From Candidatus Bathyarchaeota archaeon (lineage in GTDB: Archaea; Thermoproteota; Bathyarchaeia; Bathyarchaeales; Bathycorpusculaceae): a DNA stretch of 64,000 nt. How positions within the stretch are numbered: the stretch's first letter is position 1; each line of letters begins with the position of its first letter. Both the position numbers and the translations under genes were made by a program. Shown here piece after piece: positions 19,966-30,209 of this stretch. Location of the stretch: NCBI GenBank assembly GCA_963815095.1, contig CAWFFH010000004.1, positions 231,790 through 295,789 of the forward strand, given 5' to 3'. The notes beneath the pieces are model-generated. The model made no database searches. It had not been told where the DNA came from and saw only the letters and a program-made list of their open reading frames with translations.

Positions 19966-20904
19966 ATGGATACACTTGTTTGCAGCGCTTGTAAGAGCAA
20001 AGAAGCCTTTTTTTTCAGGCAATACTCAGGTGAGCGGCTATGCAAAAAATGCTTCACCGAATCCATCGAGACAAAAGTCCGCTCAACCATAACTCGTTAC
20101 CATATGCTTAAATTCGATGACAATTTGGCGGTAGCGGTTTCAGGTGGCAAAGACAGCCTCAGCATACTGCACATACTTGCAAAACTGAAGAAGTCCAGAC
20201 CAAAAACCCACCTAACCGCAGTCACTGTAGATGAAGGCATCAAAGGCTACCGCGACGAAGCTTTAGAAATCGCCGCATCAAACTGCCAAAAACTCGAAAT
20301 CCCACACCACATCGTTTCATTCAAAGAACTTTACGGTTTTACACTTGACGAAATGATTTCTAGGGCACGCGAAAGGGGGAAGACAGAGTTAACTGCATGT
20401 GCTTACTGTGGAGTGTTACGGCGTAAGGCCATTAATGCTGGTGCGCGACAGGTTAAAGCCACCAAAGTCGCCACCGGGCATACTCTCGACGACGAGGTGC
20501 AGACAGTTCTGATGAACATTTTCCATGGCGACATCGCAAGATTAGCAAAAGAAAAACCCGTCACCAGTGAAGTCCATCCATTATTCGTCCAGAAAATTAA
20601 GCCCTTCTGCGAAATTCCCGAAAAAGAAAGCGCACTTTATGCTTACGTTAAAAAAATCAAGTTCCAAGACACACCTTGCCCATATGCTTCCGAAGCCCTT
20701 CGCAATGATATCAGAGGGATGCTTAACCGAATGGAAGAAAAGCATGCTGGAACCAAATTCACAGTTTCCAAAGCCATTGAACGTTTACGTCCTGCTCTTG
20801 AAGAAACCGCTCGAAAAGAAGATTTCAAAACTTGTACTGAATGTGGAGAACCGTCGGCGTTGGATTTGTGTAAAGCTTGCGAATTGCTCAGGCACGTTCG
20901 TTAG
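19966..20904 (+). CDS. ncsA: tRNA 2-thiolation protein, TtuA/Ncs6 (TIGR00269) family
   Basis: N-terminal Zn finger, PP-loop SGGKDS, CAYCGVLRR, TGHTLDD, CPY and C-terminal Zn finger; likely start is ATG 19966. Confidence 0.9.
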   Translation: MDTLVCSACKSKEAFFFRQYSGERLCKKCFTESIETKVRSTITRYHMLKFDDNLAVAVSGGKDSLSILHILAKLKKSRPKTHLTAVTVDEGIKGYRDEALEIAASNCQKLEIPHHIVSFKELYGFTLDEMISRARERGKTELTACAYCGVLRRKAINAGARQVKATKVATGHTLDDEVQTVLMNIFHGDIARLAKEKPVTSEVHPLFVQKIKPFCEIPEKESALYAYVKKIKFQDTPCPYASEALRNDIRGMLNRMEEKHAGTKFTVSKAIERLRPALEETARKEDFKTCTECGEPSALDLCKACELLRHVR

Positions 20905-21106
20905 CTCTATGGTTTTGTTTTTGTTGTCCCTTCAGTTTGCGTAGCATCTCTGAAGCTTCAGAGGCTGTGTTGGCAGCTGTAACTCTTTGGGCTTTCTGAA
21001 GATTTATTTGGGTTCCACAATAAGGGCAAACCTTCGTCTTTTGAGCTTTACCGGTTAAGGTTAAGCCTCCGCATTTTGTGCATTTTATGATGAGTGTTGC
21101 GCCCAT
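20888..21106 (-). CDS. DUF1922-like zinc-ribbon protein
   Basis: CTKCG...KVCPYCG. Confidence 0.75.
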   Translation of the reverse strand: MGATLIIKCTKCGGLTLTGKAQKTKVCPYCGTQINLQKAQRVTAANTASEASEMLRKLKGQQKQNHRANERA

Positions 21107-21176
21107 TTTAGGTTGCTTCCGAAAGCCTTTTCATCATACAGCTTCATTAATAGTTTGTTAGGGAAAAGCGAGCATT

Positions 21177-21539
21177 ATGAGCGTTGATGGTGAACAGTTT
21201 AAGTCCAGGTCCCAATTGACCGATTTAGCAGTTGTCTATTTCAAGAAGGAAGGTTACAAGGTCAACAGCGAAAACGTCAAGATAGAAGGCCACAGCGGCG
21301 TAGCGCGTCATTTTGATTTGATAGTTCAGAAAGGACGTTTGGAGCAAGGCGTTTGGGTCCGCGATTGGAACCGAACCATCGGCGTCAACGTCATCATCAA
21401 CTTGGACACATCCTCCGAAGACGTAGATTTAGCTAGTCCTATTATGATTGGCGAAAAATTCAGCGACCACGCCAAATCCTACAGCAACCGACGCAAAATC
21501 ACATTGCTAACAAAACAAAAAATCGGCAGCTTCCGCTAA
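21177..21539 (+). CDS. PD-(D/E)xK restriction-endonuclease-fold (Mrr-like) small protein
   Basis: KIEGHSGVARHFDLIV and FSDHAK pattern; the catalytic ExK appears degenerate (WVR). Confidence 0.6.
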   Translation: MSVDGEQFKSRSQLTDLAVVYFKKEGYKVNSENVKIEGHSGVARHFDLIVQKGRLEQGVWVRDWNRTIGVNVIINLDTSSEDVDLASPIMIGEKFSDHAKSYSNRRKITLLTKQKIGSFR

Positions 21540-21540
21540 C

Positions 21541-22122
21541 TTAAGTCTTCAAGTACTCGTCGAGAATGCCTTCCTGCTCAAGCAACCCAAGCCAATCCAC
21601 TATTCCAATGTAACATTGTTTGCGTTTCTCCAAAACATCGAGGATTTCCCTCACGTTTTCATCCACAGTTTTTCCTGTTATATCTAATTCACAGACTTTT
21701 CCTCTCTGTGTCTGTATAGCTTCGATGAGGCAGCTGTCAATGATTTCTGCGGATAGGTTTTCGTAGAGTTTGGCATCACTGAAATCGCTTTTCTGCATAA
21801 ACACTTTGAGTTCTTTGGGGTTACGACGTAAAACAAAGACATTGGATACAAGTTTTGTTGGTGTGACTGCGGCTGCATAGTGTCCGTCGACGATAATGTT
21901 GGCGTTAGCTGAAGATTCGATAGTTTCTTGGAGTCTTTGCTGCATGGCTTCTTCGTCGATTATGGTGGTTTGGCGTTCAGCATCTTCGCCTAAAGTTAGG
22001 TGGTTGGTTTTAGCGAAGTCTGTGAGGTTGATGTATTCGGCTTGGAGTTTGGTCGCAAGTTGTTTTGCAGTGGTTGTTTTGCCGACGCAGGGAGTTCCCG
22101 TAATTAGGATGACACGGTTCAT
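21541..22122 (-). CDS. Adenylate kinase 6 / Fap7 family
   Basis: ITGTPCVGKTT P-loop, IVDGH and ENLSAE motifs. Confidence 0.88.
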   Translation of the reverse strand: MNRVILITGTPCVGKTTTAKQLATKLQAEYINLTDFAKTNHLTLGEDAERQTTIIDEEAMQQRLQETIESSANANIIVDGHYAAAVTPTKLVSNVFVLRRNPKELKVFMQKSDFSDAKLYENLSAEIIDSCLIEAIQTQRGKVCELDITGKTVDENVREILDVLEKRKQCYIGIVDWLGLLEQEGILDEYLKT

Positions 22123-22221
22123 AGGCTAATGTTTGCTGTGCGTATAGTTATTGGTTTTGGGTTTTTTGTTGGTTAAGTTGCCTATAAACAAATATATTCC
22201 AAACCTCAAACAGAGTTATAT

Positions 22222-22755
22222 ATGTACATCCGAGAAACTATTGCAGCTGACCTCAACGACATCCTATATGTCGAAAAAGCGGCGTTCACCCGCGATATCG
22301 AAGCCAACCTGACAAAGGAACTATTAACTGATCTATCGGCAAAACCACTAATTTCCCTAATAGCATACATCGACGAACAACCGGTAGGACATATATTGTT
22401 CACCAACGCATACCTAACCAATCATCCAGAGGTTTCGGTTTCCTTTTTGGCTCCCCTCGCAGTCATACCCAAATATCAAAAGCAAGGCATCGGTGGTAAA
22501 CTGATCCAAAGAGGCTTACAACTGTTATCAAAAAACAATTTTGACTTGGTCTTTGTGGTAGGTCATCCGCAGTATTATCCGCGAAGTGGATTCTCCCCAG
22601 CCACTAAACAGGGCTTTGAAGCAACGTACCCAATCCCTGAGAAACAAATTGACGCTTGGATGGTTTTAGCCCTTAGCCCAAACATAATTGGCAAGGTCTC
22701 AGGCAGAGTCATTTGTTGTGACACTTTAAATAAACCTGAACTTTGGAGAGAATAA
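22222..22755 (+). CDS. GNAT N-acetyltransferase (YhbS-like)
   Basis: LAPLAV..YQKQGIG and VVGHPQYYPR motifs. Confidence 0.88.
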   Translation: MYIRETIAADLNDILYVEKAAFTRDIEANLTKELLTDLSAKPLISLIAYIDEQPVGHILFTNAYLTNHPEVSVSFLAPLAVIPKYQKQGIGGKLIQRGLQLLSKNNFDLVFVVGHPQYYPRSGFSPATKQGFEATYPIPEKQIDAWMVLALSPNIIGKVSGRVICCDTLNKPELWRE

Positions 22756-22836
22756 TCTAAAGCTCCGTATTTGTCATTCTCTCGATTAGAATTCCGTAAA
22801 GAGTATGTTTATTGCTTTCGTTATCGCATTTTGGTG

Positions 22837-23148
22837 TGGGCTGGCGAGTTGGTGTGTGGCTTTCGGACCCAAATTTGGGTCTGAGGAAACTCCGCCCACA
22901 TGTAGAATTGCAGTCCTCCGGGACAGCGCGAGAGCGTTGGCAACGGAGCAGAAACGAAACGTCCACCCAGACAGGCAATGACACATTTGTGATGTCGAGT
23001 GCGCTGGATTGGAAGCGGTGAAACGGCCGTCCTGCAAGTGGAAAGGGCAAACAGTCGCCGATGAAGCATCTACCGGAAGGCGCGGGTAGCCCGATTAGCC
23101 GAATGCCACAGACAACAGAAGGCGGGTTACTGCCAACACACCAGCCCA
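22837..23148 (+). ncRNA. rnpB: Archaeal RNase P RNA
   Basis: GAGGAAACTCC (CR-I) and AACAGAAGGCGGGTTAC (CR-V); terminal P1 TGGGCTGG/CCAGCCCA; GC-rich island. Confidence 0.95.
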
Positions 23149-23315
23149 AATCTTTGATCCATATCCACTTTTCCAGCGTCGTAGAAAAAGTCGCCCTAAT
23201 TCTTGAACATCTGAGTTAGATATATTTAGCCAGCTTCTAATTTTTACCTCGATTTCTATCAGTTTCTATTAATCCAAATCAAGGCTTTACAGAAATGACA
23301 ATTAAAAGAATATTG

Positions 23316-23690
23316 TTAATCCAGTGTTTTACTAGTAAATGGCGTTTCACAGTAAGGACAAAAAGAAAAATTCGTAGATTGCAATTCGTTACCACAGTTT
23401 CTACATTTAACTAGCATTCCGTTTGCGGGTTTAAATTTGGCACCCAGAATTCTTGGTTCGGATTGCTTGATATTTTTCGCTGCATATGCTGCTGCTATTC
23501 CGATGGCCAAAGAAATAGCTGAGCTAATTGCTAATGAGAAAAAATATTCTTTGTAAGGGTATTGAGGATAAGTTCCTAATGGACCGAGGTCGACTTTAAT
23601 CACATAATATTGGGTGAAGACAGTTGCAACAATTAAGATTAGAAAGATACTAGTGGCAATATTTCCAATTATTTCAGCTGAGTTACCCAT
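23316..23690 (-). CDS. Membrane protein with C-terminal zinc ribbon
   Basis: Two TM segments; CRNCG...FCPYC. Confidence 0.75.
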   Translation of the reverse strand: MGNSAEIIGNIATSIFLILIVATVFTQYYVIKVDLGPLGTYPQYPYKEYFFSLAISSAISLAIGIAAAYAAKNIKQSEPRILGAKFKPANGMLVKCRNCGNELQSTNFSFCPYCETPFTSKTLD

Positions 23691-23940
23691 AATTTAATTC
23701 TCAAACATTATTTATCAAATTCTAATTTAAATTTATAACATCTCTGGTTGTCAAATGCAAGACACCTCGCTTAACGAGTGCACTTCCCTAATGCTTACCC
23801 ACCTCGCAAGGAAGGGCTTTAACTTGCAACATTCTAATCCTATTACAATGCAATTTTGAGTCTATCCAGTAAGACGCGAAAGCGAATAGAAAAGAGAATG
23901 CATATATTTAGAACAAATCTACATTATATTAGTGAATTTT

Positions 23941-24228
23941 ATGATTAATTTTGAAGAAATTATGGGGTTAAAGGTAGTAACTTCAGAAGCGCATATTATT
24001 GGAGAAGTGAAAGGAGCAAAAATTGATACCGCAACTTGGACTATAAAGTTCTTGAACGTGAAACTTACCGGTGACGCTGCTGAGAGTCTTGGATTCAAAA
24101 AGAGATTTAGAAGTTCCAAAATTTGTATTCCAGTTGGTATGGTTCGAGCAGTTGCGCATGTCGTGACGATCTCAAGGACTATAGCAGAGTTGGAAAGCTC
24201 TCAAGAAATTGTAGAGTGCAAAGACTAA
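23941..24228 (+). CDS. PRC-barrel domain protein
   Basis: GLKVVTSEAHIIGEV...IDTATW...IPVGMV pattern. Confidence 0.8.
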   Translation: MINFEEIMGLKVVTSEAHIIGEVKGAKIDTATWTIKFLNVKLTGDAAESLGFKKRFRSSKICIPVGMVRAVAHVVTISRTIAELESSQEIVECKD

Positions 24229-24402
24229 AAAACGCAAAAGGAATTTAGGAATTCAGTAAATAGTTGAAAACTTGAATAAACTCTAGCAAACAGACTCTTC
24301 TTTCGTTTAACCCTTATCAGCAACTGATTTACCTTGGACCCCTAAATCCCTTTATTTGCTGTAGTAGAAAAAAGGAGACTTGGCAGTTCAAGAAAAGTTA
24401 AA

Positions 24403-24894
24403 GTGTTTGATGACTTGACTGTTATTGGAGTGGATATTTTGACTTTCAATGCACTGGAAGTAGTTCCCAAAGTGGAACTTAACAAATACTTAGGCAAATG
24501 GTACGAAATAGCTCATCTTCCAGCCAAATTTCAAGAAGGATGTGAACAAACCACTGCAACTTACTCACTATTAGATAATGGCAGCATCGCTGTTTTGAAC
24601 GAGTGCAAAAAAGATGGTAAATATAAAAAAGCAAAGGGTAGTGCAAAAGTAGTTGACAAAATCACCCAGGCGAAACTTAAGGTAACATTTTTTTGGCCTT
24701 TTTATGGTGATTATTGGATTATAAAATTAGGAAAAGAGTATGAGTATTCTGTTGTGGGCACTCCAAATCGCAAGTACTTGTGGATATTGAGTAGAACCCC
24801 CAAAATGGATGAGCCGCTAATTTCTCAGTTGTTGGACTTTGTTAAGTCAAAGGGTTTTGATATTACAAATCTTATCAGAACCAATCATAGCTAA
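24403..24894 (+). CDS. Lipocalin (Blc-like), no signal peptide
   Basis: YLGKWYEIA, LKVTFFWPFYGDYW and YLWILSR motifs; likely start TTG 24439. Confidence 0.92.
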   Translation: MFDDLTVIGVDILTFNALEVVPKVELNKYLGKWYEIAHLPAKFQEGCEQTTATYSLLDNGSIAVLNECKKDGKYKKAKGSAKVVDKITQAKLKVTFFWPFYGDYWIIKLGKEYEYSVVGTPNRKYLWILSRTPKMDEPLISQLLDFVKSKGFDITNLIRTNHS

Positions 24895-25105
24895 AATGTA
24901 AAGCGTAAGTTTCTATAGCAAAGCGTTTTTCATTAAGTTAACTCCAAAAGCCTACTCCTCGCAATCATTGACTCTGTCTTGCATAACTGGCTACAAGCGA
25001 AGTAGGAATAAGATACTTGCTTAGCGCGCCTAAGTGTTTTTTATTAAATGCAAAGATGTTTTTCTGAAACGATTAAGCTTTAAAAGAAAGACCGCATTTC
25101 TATTA

Positions 25106-25435
25106 ATGAGTGATTCTAATTTGGTTTTAATCAGAAGGGCTACTTTTCATTTTAAAGAAGGAAAACGTGATGAAGCCGTCTCAGAATTAGAATTAATGCT
25201 AAAAAAAGAAGTGCGAACCGCAAAAGGCTTCCAAGGCTATATTTCAATGCTTTCAAAAGATTCAGAAAACGAAGTATCAATCTTAACATTATGGGAAGAT
25301 GAATTATCGTTCAACTCGTCTGGAATTATACTTTTAGCACCTGCGGTTAAGCGAATCTCGAATACATTAGAAAAAGAACCTATCTTTGAAAACTTCAAGC
25401 TATCCTCAACAGAAATGTATTTAGGAGCGCGCTAA
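25106..25435 (+). CDS. Antibiotic biosynthesis monooxygenase (ABM)-like protein
   Basis: KGFQGY...ILTLWEDE ferredoxin-like pattern; likely start is ATG 25106. Confidence 0.7.
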   Translation: MSDSNLVLIRRATFHFKEGKRDEAVSELELMLKKEVRTAKGFQGYISMLSKDSENEVSILTLWEDELSFNSSGIILLAPAVKRISNTLEKEPIFENFKLSSTEMYLGAR

Positions 25436-25444
25436 AAAAAGAAA

Positions 25445-25954
25445 ATGGAGCCTAAACGAAATAGACACTGGGAACTATGGCTCTCAGCAATTATTATAAT
25501 CTTAGCTGTTTTCTTAATGTTTGCCTACTATAATCGCTGGTTCAGCTTTGCTGATCGAATAGGTCCGTTTCGCATTATTCACTACATTGCATTTGCTGGA
25601 ACTCTTTACATTGCTTTTATGGTGATTCTATTTGCAGTACTAAAGCGCCGTTACCCCAACAAGTACAAGGTGTTATTGAGAACACACACATTAGGCAATC
25701 TCTTAGCGTTCCTTCTGATATCCCTACATTTTGCCGGTCAAGTTGGCCGTCCAGCAAATTTCTATCCCACTTTAGGAACAGGCTTAGCCTTGTATATGGC
25801 AATGGTCTCACTGGTTTCAACAGGTTTAGCTTTCAGATTCAGGTTATTCAGAAGATTTTCTCCAGGAACAAACAGATTTGTCCATACTGGATTGGCATTT
25901 AGCTTTTACATAATAATATTTGTTCACATTCTTCACGGATTAAACATAATTTAG
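25445..25954 (+). CDS. Membrane protein with His-bearing TM helices (cytochrome b-like)
   Basis: Five hydrophobic segments with His pairs (RTHT...SLHF, FVHT...FVHILH). Confidence 0.65.
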   Translation: MEPKRNRHWELWLSAIIIILAVFLMFAYYNRWFSFADRIGPFRIIHYIAFAGTLYIAFMVILFAVLKRRYPNKYKVLLRTHTLGNLLAFLLISLHFAGQVGRPANFYPTLGTGLALYMAMVSLVSTGLAFRFRLFRRFSPGTNRFVHTGLAFSFYIIIFVHILHGLNII

Positions 25955-26480
25955 CGCACGCATCTCAAGTCAAAATAGGCTATTCTTGATGAATAATCGC
26001 TATAGGCATAAAAAGTTACTGCTGTCAGCTCAAAACAAGACCTTTCCAATATTGACTGCGATGACTTAACTCCTAGCTCGTGTGCTTTAAGCTTTATAAT
26101 ACTTATATCAAGAATCATTAATCACCCTCTACAGAATAACAAGTTTCCTTGGAAAAAAGACAATAGAAAATTTATGGCTATTTGTCAAGAATAAGAATAC
26201 CGAGATTAGAATGAGTGAAGAAACTAAGAAATTACTAAGTCCCAAAGGCGGATCATAACCAGCACGCACGCCAAATTTTCTCACAAACAATGCCTTTGAG
26301 AAAATAAACCTTTTCCTACGAAAATGGATTGACTTACATTTTCCTCTTGCTCTTTCCTTGAGCCGATGTAATTGTTTGAATTTTTGTTGATTACTTTTGT
26401 ACCATTGGGGTCACAAATTTGTGGATAATAAACCCACAATAGGGCACCCCCCTCACACATATGGTCTCTGTTTGTGAAGC

Positions 26481-27396
26481 CTATTTTAACGCAGTATGTT
26501 TCGGTGATTTCTTCAAATGGAGTACAAATGTCCCTACTATGACAAGAACTAGCACTATTGCTACAACATAGATAAAATAAGGAACATTGTCTGGTTGAAT
26601 AGGCACAACGATCTTTTCAGGAGTTCCCAGCACAAAAACACTTTCAGGGTTAATTAGATGTCCATCGGCTGTCAATAGGCTATTATTGTAACCTTCAGCC
26701 GTTACTTCATATCTATAAATCTCCTCCAATCTCCCCCCTTCATTAAACCCGTTTAAAGAAACTGAAAAAGGACCAGTTTCATCAAGGGTTAAACCTCTGC
26801 CGCCTTCCATTGCGACAGCTAATACTTCTCCGTTCTCTTTGTAATAAGTCACAAAGACGCTAAGGCTATCCATACTAACTGACCCAATATTTTCTACTTC
26901 ACCTTCAACAAATAATGTACTGCCCGCTTCATGCGAATTATTTGACAATATCACAAGGCCAGGATGGTAAATACTCGCTGGAGACGTATTAATAACCAAA
27001 TCATAGTGGTCAACTAATCGGAAGTTGCCTTGTTCATCAAATCTTGAAAACCAAACTGAGAAAGGGGACTTGTGGTCTGGTAATAGAACATGCAAATAAC
27101 AAGGAGCAGCTTCAGGTAAAGAATCAGACAGATAAGAAGTACCAAGAATAGACCCCCGATGCATCATAGAACGTAGCAGTCACATTGAATTGTTGTGCTT
27201 CAGAACCGAAATTCTCAATTTCACCCACAACGAAGTAGTCACCTTTACTTACTGAAAAAGGAGAAAATCCATACGTCTGATAGATCGTTGTCGATAAGAT
27301 ATTGATATCTTCTTGAGCTTTCACTTCAGAAAAAAAACCAATGCAAAGCGATAAAGACATTATCAATAACAGCGAGATTAACGTTCTATTTAGCAT
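26481..27396 (-). pseudogene. Frameshifted secreted protein with two FxLYD-like domains and a TM anchor
   Basis: ORFs 27124-27396 and 26481-27167 join as ...TFYDASG|SILGTSYL... if one G is removed from the G5 run (C5 at 27153-27157). Domains carry GEIENFG/GEVENIG. Confidence 0.75.
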
Positions 27397-27858
27397 TCTA
27401 AGTGCCCGTTTCTAATTCAAGGTTAATCAAATATAACATTTTCGAAATGAACTTAGGTAAATAATAGAACTATGGGCACTTCATTTATCAAAAATGCTTA
27501 TAACTAGGCATCAATAAAAGGAAAAGTGAGAATGATATAAACAAAGTAAGTGAAAAATACTAACCCAAAAGCGGGTTACCGCCAATACATCATCAAATCG
27601 GTACCTTTCTAAAGTTGTAATTAACAGAAGCTCAATCGTATGTAACGTAGGATTGCTTTATTTAACATCTAGAGCACTGTATTATTGGCAAATGACCTAA
27701 AATTTAAACTAAGAGGCTACTATAGTCAAATATGAAATGAATTTTGTAGAATTCTTAGAATTTATCAGCGAAAATCCTGATATTATAGTTCTTAAAAGGC
27801 AGTTTTTTTTATATTACTTTGCGTAATTCGATTTGATACGCGATAACGAAGAATAGAA

Positions 27859-28074
27859 TTAATGAGAAGATACTGTTACAATGCCTTTAACTTTATCTTC
27901 ATGAAGCAACAAATTTCTATCAGATGTAAACGCGCTTAAGAACAATGAGTTTCCTCCTTTCAAAATTAGCCTGTAGGCACTGGTTTTATCCCATTGTATG
28001 GCAACATTAGCTGCATCTATGAATTGATGTTCTATAAGTTCTTTCATTACTTCAAGCGCTTTATTTCTGTCCAA
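27859..28074 (-). CDS. Small hypothetical protein, R-x2-A-x3-[ILM]KE[IL] family (copy 2)
   Basis: MDRNKALEVMKELI...YRLILKG. Confidence 0.7.
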   Translation of the reverse strand: MDRNKALEVMKELIEHQFIDAANVAIQWDKTSAYRLILKGGNSLFLSAFTSDRNLLLHEDKVKGIVTVSSH

Positions 28075-28373
28075 GGCTAAAACCCAATTAAACTAAGTTA
28101 GCAAACATATTTAATTCTTTACAATCGCTTAATGCATTCGCAAAAAACTTCTAGTGGTGAGAAGATTTTTCTATAGCTAAGGAAAAAGTACACCTCATTT
28201 TAGGGCATCTCCTTTGTACCCAAGGCTCTGTTTTTGCACAATAGACAAACAAATGAAAAAATGAGCCGTTATGTGCTTTAATTAGCCAAGATGTTTATGG
28301 ACAATTACAACGATGAGTAAAACAACTTATAAAAAGTTTAATAGTTGAGTAAACTCATGTTATTTGGTGATTC

Positions 28374-29474
28374 TTGCGAGAGAAGATGTCTCTCTTAGTA
28401 AAAAAAAAATTTGAAAGCGATAAAAAAGAAAATAACAGCCGAATCCAGAGATACCCTGATTTATATGAAGATTTTGATGAAGCCTTCATTGCTGTCGATT
28501 GGGATTTAACTATCATACACTGGAACAAGGCCGCCGAACGAGTTACAACCGTTAAAGCAAAAGATGCTCTGAAAAATAAAATTTATAATGTCTTACCTGA
28601 GATGATCACTGTTGACTTTGCCCCTCATTTAACTTTGCTTCAACAAGGAAAGCGAGCTCGTTTTATGATGAATACAGTCAGTAGAGAGACCAAAAAGCCA
28701 TCTATTTTTGAAATCTCACTATACCCTTCTGAACAAGGCATCATTATTTTTGTTGAAGACAAAACTGAAGAAGAGAAAACAAAACGGTTGTCTGCTATTG
28801 GTGCAACTGCTGGTATGGTTGGTCATGACATACGAAATCCTCTGCAAGCAATTGTTGGGGACATTTACTTGCTCAAGGAATATCTTACTTCAATGTCCGA
28901 ATCAGAAACCAAAAAAGAAGTTGCTGAGAGCTTAGACAATGTAGAATCGAATGTTAATTATATTAACAAGATTGTGCCTGATTTGCAAGACTATTCTCGT
29001 GCAATAAAACCGGAATATTCAGAGTTTAACTTAAACGATTTGATTTCATCCATTTTACAATCTGTTAGTCGCCAAAATAAATTAGAAGTTTTGTTGAATA
29101 TCGACCCTGCATTTACTGTCACTTCAGACCGCTCAATAATCAGGCGAATCCTGACTAACTTAATTATTAATGCGATTCAAGCCATGCCCGATGGAGGTAA
29201 AATAACTCTGAGTGGCTCCAGAAAGGACAAAAATGTTTTGATTATGGTGGAGGACACTGGCACTGGGATTCCTGAGAGTATTAAGCCTAATTTATTTACG
29301 CCGATGTTAACGACTAAGGCGAAAGGTCAAGGACTTGGTTTAGCGGTTGTTAAGCGCCTAGTGGAAGCATTGAATGGAACTATTACTTTTGAAAGTCAAG
29401 AAGGGAAGGGAACAAAATTTGTTATTACGCTGCCTAATGATAAGAAGCTACTTTTAAGTAATAGAATAACCTGA
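28374..29474 (+). CDS. PAS-domain sensor histidine kinase
   Basis: PAS WNKAAE; H-box GHDIRNPLQ; N-box NAIQA; G-boxes DTGTGI and GQGLGL. Confidence 0.92.
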   Translation: MREKMSLLVKKKFESDKKENNSRIQRYPDLYEDFDEAFIAVDWDLTIIHWNKAAERVTTVKAKDALKNKIYNVLPEMITVDFAPHLTLLQQGKRARFMMNTVSRETKKPSIFEISLYPSEQGIIIFVEDKTEEEKTKRLSAIGATAGMVGHDIRNPLQAIVGDIYLLKEYLTSMSESETKKEVAESLDNVESNVNYINKIVPDLQDYSRAIKPEYSEFNLNDLISSILQSVSRQNKLEVLLNIDPAFTVTSDRSIIRRILTNLIINAIQAMPDGGKITLSGSRKDKNVLIMVEDTGTGIPESIKPNLFTPMLTTKAKGQGLGLAVVKRLVEALNGTITFESQEGKGTKFVITLPNDKKLLLSNRIT

Positions 29475-29615
29475 AACTTTATGACTATCCATTTATAGAG
29501 CCAAAGAGAGACTATTCACTTGTTTATTCTGTTTCTCAAAGTTCTAACACCCTTTAACGCGCGCAGTAGAATAAGCCATATTAGCTTTAATAATAATGTA
29601 TGAAAAGGCGTATCG

Positions 29616-30038
29616 ATGTACGAGGTTTACATCTTCATTTTAATATCTATCATCTTTGAAAGTGGAGGCGGCATGCTATATGGGATCGCCGTTGGATTCG
29701 ACCCCCTGTTGGTTTTTGCAACGACGCTCACGATAAATATCTTAACAGTTTTTGCATCCATGTTCGTGATAGATAGATTATTAAACTGGAAAAAAGGCTT
29801 GAGAAGTTGGCTTGAAAAAAGAACAGCGAGAGGTCAAAGACTTATCAACAAATATGCATGGATAGGCATAATAGCTGGGGTATTTGTGCTCTCGCCCATT
29901 CAGGTAGCAGTTATTAGTCGTCTAATATGCATTCAGCCAAACAAATTTTACCTACCATTAGTATTGGGGACAACACTTAGTGCTTTAGTATCTATGGGAA
30001 TCGCATTAGGCATATTCAAATTAATACTAGGTTGGTAA
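29616..30038 (+). CDS. Small multi-pass membrane protein (small multidrug-export/DedA-like)
   Basis: Four hydrophobic segments; weak family resemblance. Confidence 0.6.
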   Translation: MYEVYIFILISIIFESGGGMLYGIAVGFDPLLVFATTLTINILTVFASMFVIDRLLNWKKGLRSWLEKRTARGQRLINKYAWIGIIAGVFVLSPIQVAVISRLICIQPNKFYLPLVLGTTLSALVSMGIALGIFKLILGW

Positions 30039-30209
30039 TAACAAGTAAGGAAAAGCAAATTCTCAAAATGGAATTCGATTATATGTACTCCTAAAGAAGA
30101 AAGAAGGTTTATGAACAAACGGGAAAATGAAAATAAAGCTTTTCATTTGCTTTAGTTACAAAACAATTATATTTAATAAAAAACGTATTTGTAGATACAA
30201 CATTATTTA

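Noticed and set aside
22757-23149. Four overlapping ORF-track calls
   Set aside because: They lie over the GC-rich RNase P RNA gene and are shadow ORFs.
24951-25006. Imperfect inverted repeat CCTACT..TCGC/GCGA-AGTAGG
   Set aside because: Interrupted stem, no C-rich core and no well-placed TATA; not distinguishable from chance.
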